The translations under genes were made by a program, and so were the position numbers. The notes below the pieces were generated by a model, which ran no database searches, was not told where the DNA came from, and worked only from the letters and a program-made list of their open reading frames with translations. From an uncultured Actinomycetota bacterium (GTDB lineage Bacteria; Actinomycetota; Actinomycetes; JAFAQI01): a DNA stretch of 64,000 nucleotides. Below, one piece after another: positions 58,527-64,000 of this stretch (position 1 is the stretch's first letter; every line of letters starts with the position of its first letter). The stretch lies in NCBI GenBank assembly GCA_963770565.1, contig CAVYQE010000011.1:967371-1031370 (forward strand), in the 5' to 3' direction.

Positions 58527-58826
58527 GGCCGGGGCTGGCTGCGTCGCTCGCTGCGTTCTCGCTCGCTTGCGTGCCTCAGCACGCGGCGCGCACTGCGGCC
58601 TTGCGGGCAAGACACCCAGTCCCCGGCCCGCTGCCAGCTGCGTCGCTCGCTGCGTTCTCGCTCGCTTGCGTGCCTTAGCACACCGTGCTCGCTGCGGCCT
58701 TGCGGGCAACGCAGCCAGTCCCCGGCCCGCTGCCAGCTGCGTCGCTCGCTGCGTTCTCGCTCGCTTGCGTGCCTCAGCACGCGGCGCGCACTGCGGCCTT
58801 GCGGGCAACGCAGCCAGTCCCCGGCC
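58527..58826. repeat. 3 x 99-bp tandem palindromic REP-like units
   Basis: Units begin gctgcgtcgctcgctgcgttctc at 58538, 58637 and 58736; ends are imperfect inverted repeats. Confidence 0.9.
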
Positions 58827-58886
58827 AGGTTGCTCGCTCCGACGAAAAGCATTGCTACATAAGAGAAACTGACCCATGTCTTGGGG

Positions 58887-58965
58887 CAATAAGGAGCCCG
58901 GCACCTTTGGTACCGTCCGCACCTTCCCCGTGCGCGGACGTTGTCTACTCGGTGCCGGGCTGTGC
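58887..58965 (-). ncRNA. Candidate small RNA (hairpin with GGGGAAG loop)
   Basis: TTGACC-N18-TAACTT promoter (59000-58971), 11-bp outer stem, inner stem, pyrimidine-rich tail. Confidence 0.55.
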
Positions 58966-59132
58966 ATCCAAAGTTAGTCAACCGAGGTCGCCCGGGTCAA
59001 CGGTCACGACCCGCCCATACCGGGTCGATCGGTACGGATGTGCCCCCCACTCGCGCAAGTTGGTGATCGGCGCTACGGTGCGTACTCGTTGCGAACGGCT
59101 GAACCCACCGGGACCAAGTGAGGGGGCCTGTA

Positions 59133-59738
59133 GTGGCACGTCCGACGGTGCTGACTCGGGCCGCGACCCGGCAAGACCTGCCGGTCCTGCTGTCGCTGTG
59201 GGACGAGCTGCGCGAGACCGGCGGGCGGACGGCAAGGGCGGTCAGCCCGGTGCCCGTCGCAGATCTGCGCGGCCGGCTCAACGAGCTCCTCGACGACCCG
59301 ACCTGCCGGGTGGTGCTGTCCTGCGCGGACGACGTGCCGGCCGGAATGGCGATCATGCGGATCGCCCGCCCCGATCCGCTGTCGGAGAACCAACTGGTCT
59401 ACATCCCGCACCTGGTCGTGTCGCGGACCAACCGGCACCAGGGGGTCGGGCACGCGTTGATCGCCGCGGCGGTTGACTACGCCACCGAGTTGCATGTCGA
59501 TCACGTGGCGGTCGGTGTCTATCCGTCGTTCCGCGACACGAACCGTTTCTTCGCCAGGCTCGGCTTCGCGCCGGTGGCGGTTCAGCGGATCGCTCCGGTC
59601 GCCGCGTTGCGCCGGCGGCTGGGTAGCGACCGGTCCGCGCCGATGCTCGGCGACGCCATGCGCCGTCGGACCCGGTTGGTGCGCCCGGTGCCGGTGCAGC
59701 GGGCGAGGCGCACGGTGACGGAGCGGGTCGAGTCCTGA
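59133..59738 (+). CDS. GNAT family N-acetyltransferase
   Basis: RAATRQD, VSRTNRHQGVGHALI acetyl-CoA motif, FFARLGF. Confidence 0.85.
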   Translation: MARPTVLTRAATRQDLPVLLSLWDELRETGGRTARAVSPVPVADLRGRLNELLDDPTCRVVLSCADDVPAGMAIMRIARPDPLSENQLVYIPHLVVSRTNRHQGVGHALIAAAVDYATELHVDHVAVGVYPSFRDTNRFFARLGFAPVAVQRIAPVAALRRRLGSDRSAPMLGDAMRRRTRLVRPVPVQRARRTVTERVES

Positions 59739-59766
59739 CCCCTCGCCGCTAGGACCCCGGTCGCGG

Positions 59767-59788
59767 TGTCGGCGGCCGACACTACGAT
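59767..59788 (+). promoter_or_regulatory. RecA-NDp/PafBC-type DNA-damage promoter of polA
   Basis: TGTCGG-N10-TACGAT, 6 nt before the ATG. Confidence 0.7.
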
Positions 59789-59794
59789 GCGGCC

Positions 59795-62496
59795 ATGCCT
59801 GCGGTTGCCAGCTCCGGTACGCCGGGCCGGCCGCGGTTGCTGCTCCTCGATGGTCATTCGCTGGCCTACCGCGCCTTCTTCGCGCTGCCGGTGGAGAACT
59901 TCTCGACGACGACCGGCCAACCCACGAACGCGGTCTACGGCTTCACCGCGATGCTCATCAACGTGCTGCGCGACGAGGCGCCGACCCATGTCGCGGTCGC
60001 CTTCGACGTCGGCCGGCACACCTTCCGGACCGACGCGTACCCGGACTACAAGGCGACCCGGAAAGAGACGCCGACCGACTTCCGGGGCCAGGTCGACCTG
60101 ATCCGGGAGGTGCTGGCTGCGCTGACGATCCCGTCCTTGCAGGTCGAGGGCTACGAAGCGGACGACATCATCGCGACCCTCGCGGTCGAGGGCCAGGCCG
60201 ACGACATGGACGTGCTGATCGTCACCGGCGACCGCGACGCCCTGCAGTTGGTCAACGACCGGGTCACCGTCCTCATGACGCGGCGTGGGATCAGCGACAT
60301 GACCCGGTTCACCCCGGAGGCAGTTGAGGAGAAGTACGGGCTCACCCCGGCGCAGTATCCGGACTTCGCCGCGCTTCGCGGCGACCCGAGCGACAACCTG
60401 CCGTCGATCCCGGGCGTCGGCGAGAAGACGGCCGCGAAATGGGTCCGCGACTTCGGTTCGCTCGACGATCTCGTCAGCCGGGTCGACGAGGTGCCGGGCA
60501 AGGCCGGCGACGCGCTCCGCGCCCACCTGGCCGACGTGGTGCGCAACCGCCAGCTCACCGAGCTGCGGCGGGACGTGCCGCTCGACCGGGCCCCGGCCGA
60601 CCTCGAGCTCGGCCAATGGGACCGCGAGACGCTGAACACGCTGTTCGACACCTTGCAGTTCCGGGTCCTGCGCGAGCGGCTCTACTCGACCTTGTCCGTC
60701 TCGGAGCCCGAGACCGCCGATCAGGGCTTCGACCTTCAAGGTCAGGTGTTGGCTGCGGGCGACGTTCCGCAGTGGCTCGACGAGCATGCTCGCGGCTCGG
60801 GCCGGCACGGCCTCGCTTTGGCCGGCACCTGGGGGCGCGGCACCGGCGTGGTCACCGGGCTGGCGATCGCCGCGCCCGACGGGCAGCGGCCTACCTCGAC
60901 CCCGAGCAGCTCACCGGCGACGACGAGCAGGCGCTTGCGGGCTGGCTCGCCGACCCGGAGGTCGCCAAGGCAGCACACGACGTCAAGGGGCCCATGCTGG
61001 CCCTGATGGAGCGCGGCTGGTCCCTCGGCGGGCTGGTCACGGACACCGCGCTAGCGGCGTACATCGCCCTTCCCGGGCAGCGGTCGTTCGATCTGTCGGA
61101 CCTCTCCGTGCGCTACCTGAACCGCGAGCTGCGGGCCGAGGCCGGCTCGGACGGTCAGCTCTCACTCGACGGCTCGCTGGAGGAAGACGCGGCCCAGGCC
61201 CAGATGTTGCGGGCCCGCGCGATCATCGACCTCGCCGACGCGCTCGACGTCGTGCTCGTCGACCGCGGTGGTTCGGAGCTGCTCACCGAGATGGAGCTGC
61301 CGCTCACGGCACTGCTCGCGACCATGGAGCGGGCCGGGATCGGCGCGGACGTCTCGTGGTTGGCCGAGCTCGAGGCGCGCTTCGCCGGTCAGGTGAAGCG
61401 CGCGGCAGACTCGGCGTACTCCACGATCGGGCACGAGGTGAACCTCGGTTCGCCCAAGCAGCTGCAGCAGGTGCTGTTCGAGGAGCTCGGGCTGCCGAAA
61501 ACGAAGAAGATCAAGACCGGCTACACCACCGATGCCGACGCGCTGCAGGAGCTGTACGCCAAGACCGAGCACCCGTTCCTCGAGCACCTGCTGCGGCATC
61601 GGGACGTCGCCCGGTTGAAGACGGTGGTCGACTCGCTGATTCCGATGGTCGACGAGCACGAGCGGGTGCACACGACGTTCAACCAGCTCGTCGCCGCGAC
61701 CGGTCGGCTGTCGAGCACCGACCCCAACCTGCAGAACATCCCGGTCCGGACGGTCGAGGGCCGCGAGATCCGGAAGGCGTTCGTCGTCGGGTCCGGCTAC
61801 GAGTGCCTGCTGACCGCCGACTACTCCCAGATCGAGATGCGGATCATGGCGCATCTGTCGCACGACGCCGGACTCATCGATGCGTTCAACTCCGGCGAGG
61901 ACCTGCACACCTTCGTGGCGGCAATCGCCTTCGGCATCCCGGTCGAGTCGGTCGAGCCGGAGCAGCGCCGGCGGATCAAGGCGATGTCCTACGGCCTGGC
62001 CTATGGGCTGTCGGCGTACGGGCTGGCGGCCCAGCTCGGCATCTCCGCGGAGGAGGCGCGCGAGCAGATGGATGCCTACTTCGCCCGGTTTGGCGGAGTG
62101 CGCGACTACCTGTCCGGCGTGGTCGACGCGGCCCGCAAGGACGGCTACACCCAGACCATCCTCGGGCGTCGGCGCTACTTGCCGGACCTGACCAGCGACA
62201 ACGGCCAGCGCCGGCAGATGGCCGAGCGGATGGCGTTGAACGCCCCGATCCAGGGGTCGGCGGCCGACATCATCAAGATCGCGATGCTTCGGCTGCAGCG
62301 GGCGCTGGACGGCGCCTCGATGCACTCCCGCTTGCTCCTGCAGGTGCACGACGAGCTCGTGCTGGAGGTGGCCGCGGGCGAGCGGGAGGCGGTCGAGGAG
62401 ATCGTCCGGCGCGAGATGGGCGCGGCCTACGCGCTCGACGTACCGCTCGACGTCTCGGTCGGGGTCGGCCGCAGCTGGGACGACGCCGCCCACTGA
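59795..62496 (+). CDS. polA: DNA polymerase I (one frameshift near 60886)
   Basis: LDGHSLAYRAF 5'-3' exonuclease, GDPSDN, TGRLSS, DYSQIE, QVHDEL. Confidence 0.95.
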
Positions 62497-63770
62497 GGCT
62501 CGACGAGCTCGGCCGGGTCGGGTTGACTCGGCCGATCGGTGGCTTCGTGCCCGCGGCCGTACCGGATCGCGGTGATCGCGACCAGCCCGACCGCAACCGA
62601 CGCGGCGATGACGATGATCGCGCGCGGGCTCCCGGGCTTCGCGACCAGGACGATCGCGGTCTCGACCAGGGCTGCGAGCAGCACCATGGGCACGACGCCA
62701 CGACGGCGGGCCGCGATGTCGTGGAAGACCAGCAGCTGGACGCCGGCGAGCGCGCTGCCCTGAAGCGCGAACAGCCAGGCGACGCCGCCGATGCTCGCGT
62801 AGCCGGCACCGAACGTCAGCCGGACCAGGAAGCTCCCGGCGACCGCGGTCACCAGGATGCTCGCCGCCGCGATGGCTGAGGTGAGCAGCGCGGCGTCGAC
62901 CAACGCCTTGGCCCGGTGATCGCTGCGGCTCAGCCGGGGAAGCGCCGTGAGCGGCACCGCCTGCGGCAACCAGAAGGCGGCCTTGGCGACCACGTTCCCC
63001 GCGGCGTAGTGCCCGGCCTGGGCGGCGGGCAGGACATGCCGCGCGAGCAGCAGGTCGAGGCTCGACAGGAGGAGCAGGCCGCCCATCGAGATCGTCGCGG
63101 TCAGGAACTCGGGCCCGGCCGCCGCGAACAGCCCGCCGTTCGGTGCCGCCCCGATCGTCGAGGTCCGCAGCCCGGGCGTGAGCCGCATCGCGATCAGGGC
63201 GGTCACGGAGGTGGCAACGGCGATGCCGGTCATCACTCCGGTCGCCCCACCTCCGAAGGCCAGCGGCAGCACCCCACCGAACAGCCGGCCGAGACCGACC
63301 AGCGCGACGACGATCCCGAGCCGGCCGAATCGCTCACTGCCCTGCAGGTGGCCCTGAATCGCCCCGAGGATGTTCAGCGGCAGCAGGCTGGCGACCACCG
63401 CGAGTACGGCGAGGCCGTGCCGGTCGACGTGCAGGAACACGGTCAGGCCGGGCCAGGCGACCAGGCCCAGCACCACGCTCGCCAGCCCGGTGGTGGTCCC
63501 CTCGCGCAGCGCCAGCTGCGGCGGGAGCTGCTCGGCAGCAGTACGACGCGCCACCACGGCCTGCAGCGCCAGCGCGGGGATCCCACCGACCAGCAAGGTG
63601 GCGAGCATCGCGCCGAACAAACCGTACTCGGCCGGCCGGAGCTGATGGCTGCCGATGATCGCGAGCAGGTAGCTGGCCAGATTGCCGGCCATCAACGCCG
63701 TGCCGACCAGCGCGGTCGAGCGCACCAGCGATCCGCGGGATGCCGGATCGGCGCCGCTCGTCGTCGCCAT
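62427..63770 (-). CDS. Polysaccharide biosynthesis/flippase-like membrane protein
   Basis: About 12 TM segments, L..AEYG, DLLLARH, AGHYAAG pattern of the MOP/Wzx type. Confidence 0.75.
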   Translation of the reverse strand: MATTSGADPASRGSLVRSTALVGTALMAGNLASYLLAIIGSHQLRPAEYGLFGAMLATLLVGGIPALALQAVVARRTAAEQLPPQLALREGTTTGLASVVLGLVAWPGLTVFLHVDRHGLAVLAVVASLLPLNILGAIQGHLQGSERFGRLGIVVALVGLGRLFGGVLPLAFGGGATGVMTGIAVATSVTALIAMRLTPGLRTSTIGAAPNGGLFAAAGPEFLTATISMGGLLLLSSLDLLLARHVLPAAQAGHYAAGNVVAKAAFWLPQAVPLTALPRLSRSDHRAKALVDAALLTSAIAAASILVTAVAGSFLVRLTFGAGYASIGGVAWLFALQGSALAGVQLLVFHDIAARRRGVVPMVLLAALVETAIVLVAKPGSPRAIIVIAASVAVGLVAITAIRYGRGHEATDRPSQPDPAELVEPQWAASSQLRPTPTETSSGTSSA

Positions 63771-63843
63771 GTCCACCCGTTCGTTGCGGTTCGTGCGATT
63801 CGTCGTCACGACTAGTCGAGCACAACGTGTACGGTCGCGCGCA

Positions 63844-64000
63844 ATGATCGGCGATCTTTCGTGGCGTCGCCTCACAGCGTCCTGGGCCGGCCTGGCGGTC
63901 AGCGTGGTGTCCGCGCTCGTGCAGCTCGGTCCCGTGCTCGGCCGCGGCTATGTGCTCACCCGCGACATGGTGTTCGTCCCGCGGGCGCCGCTCGACGCCC
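63844..64000 (+). CDS. N-terminus of a membrane protein, possibly GT-C glycosyltransferase-like (truncated)
   Basis: MIGDLSWRR...TM...GYVLTRDMVFVP, open to the window end; divergent from the flippase. Confidence 0.55.
   Translation, partial: MIGDLSWRRLTASWAGLAVSVVSALVQLGPVLGRGYVLTRDMVFVPRAPLDA

Noticed and set aside
58538-58826. CRISPR array, or ORFs spanning the 99-bp repeats
   Set aside because: Whole units repeat with no unique spacers and no cas genes; the ORFs stay open only because 99 is a multiple of 3.

Overview
High-GC actinobacterial core chromosome. In order: dcw cluster (ftsI-murE-murF-mraY-murD-ftsW-murG-murC, no ftsQ, then ftsZ-pgeF-yggS-sepF-yggT-divIVA); a membrane-anchored histone-H1-like protein; ileS (frameshifted) with a T-box leader; dksA-like, lspA, rluA and dnaE (one frameshift); an ABC exporter; his and trp genes with several inserted ORFs; lgt, VIT1 and gltBD; a tRNA-Leu(CAA)-linked HTH-LAGLIDADG gene; an ANTAR regulator; livKHMGF; a 3x99-bp repeat; a candidate sRNA; a GNAT gene; polA (one frameshift); and surface-glycan genes. 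The frameshifts in essential genes are most likely assembly errors. Best leads: (1) an unannotated promoter-plus-hairpin sRNA at about 58887-58965 (-) whose GGGGAAG loop region is complementary over 11 nt to a hairpin loop in the ftsZ leader; (2) a free-standing HTH-CxxC-LAGLIDADG gene behind tRNA-Leu, with a duplicated tRNA 3' end and a DNA-damage-like promoter. All calls were made by eye and no searches were run.
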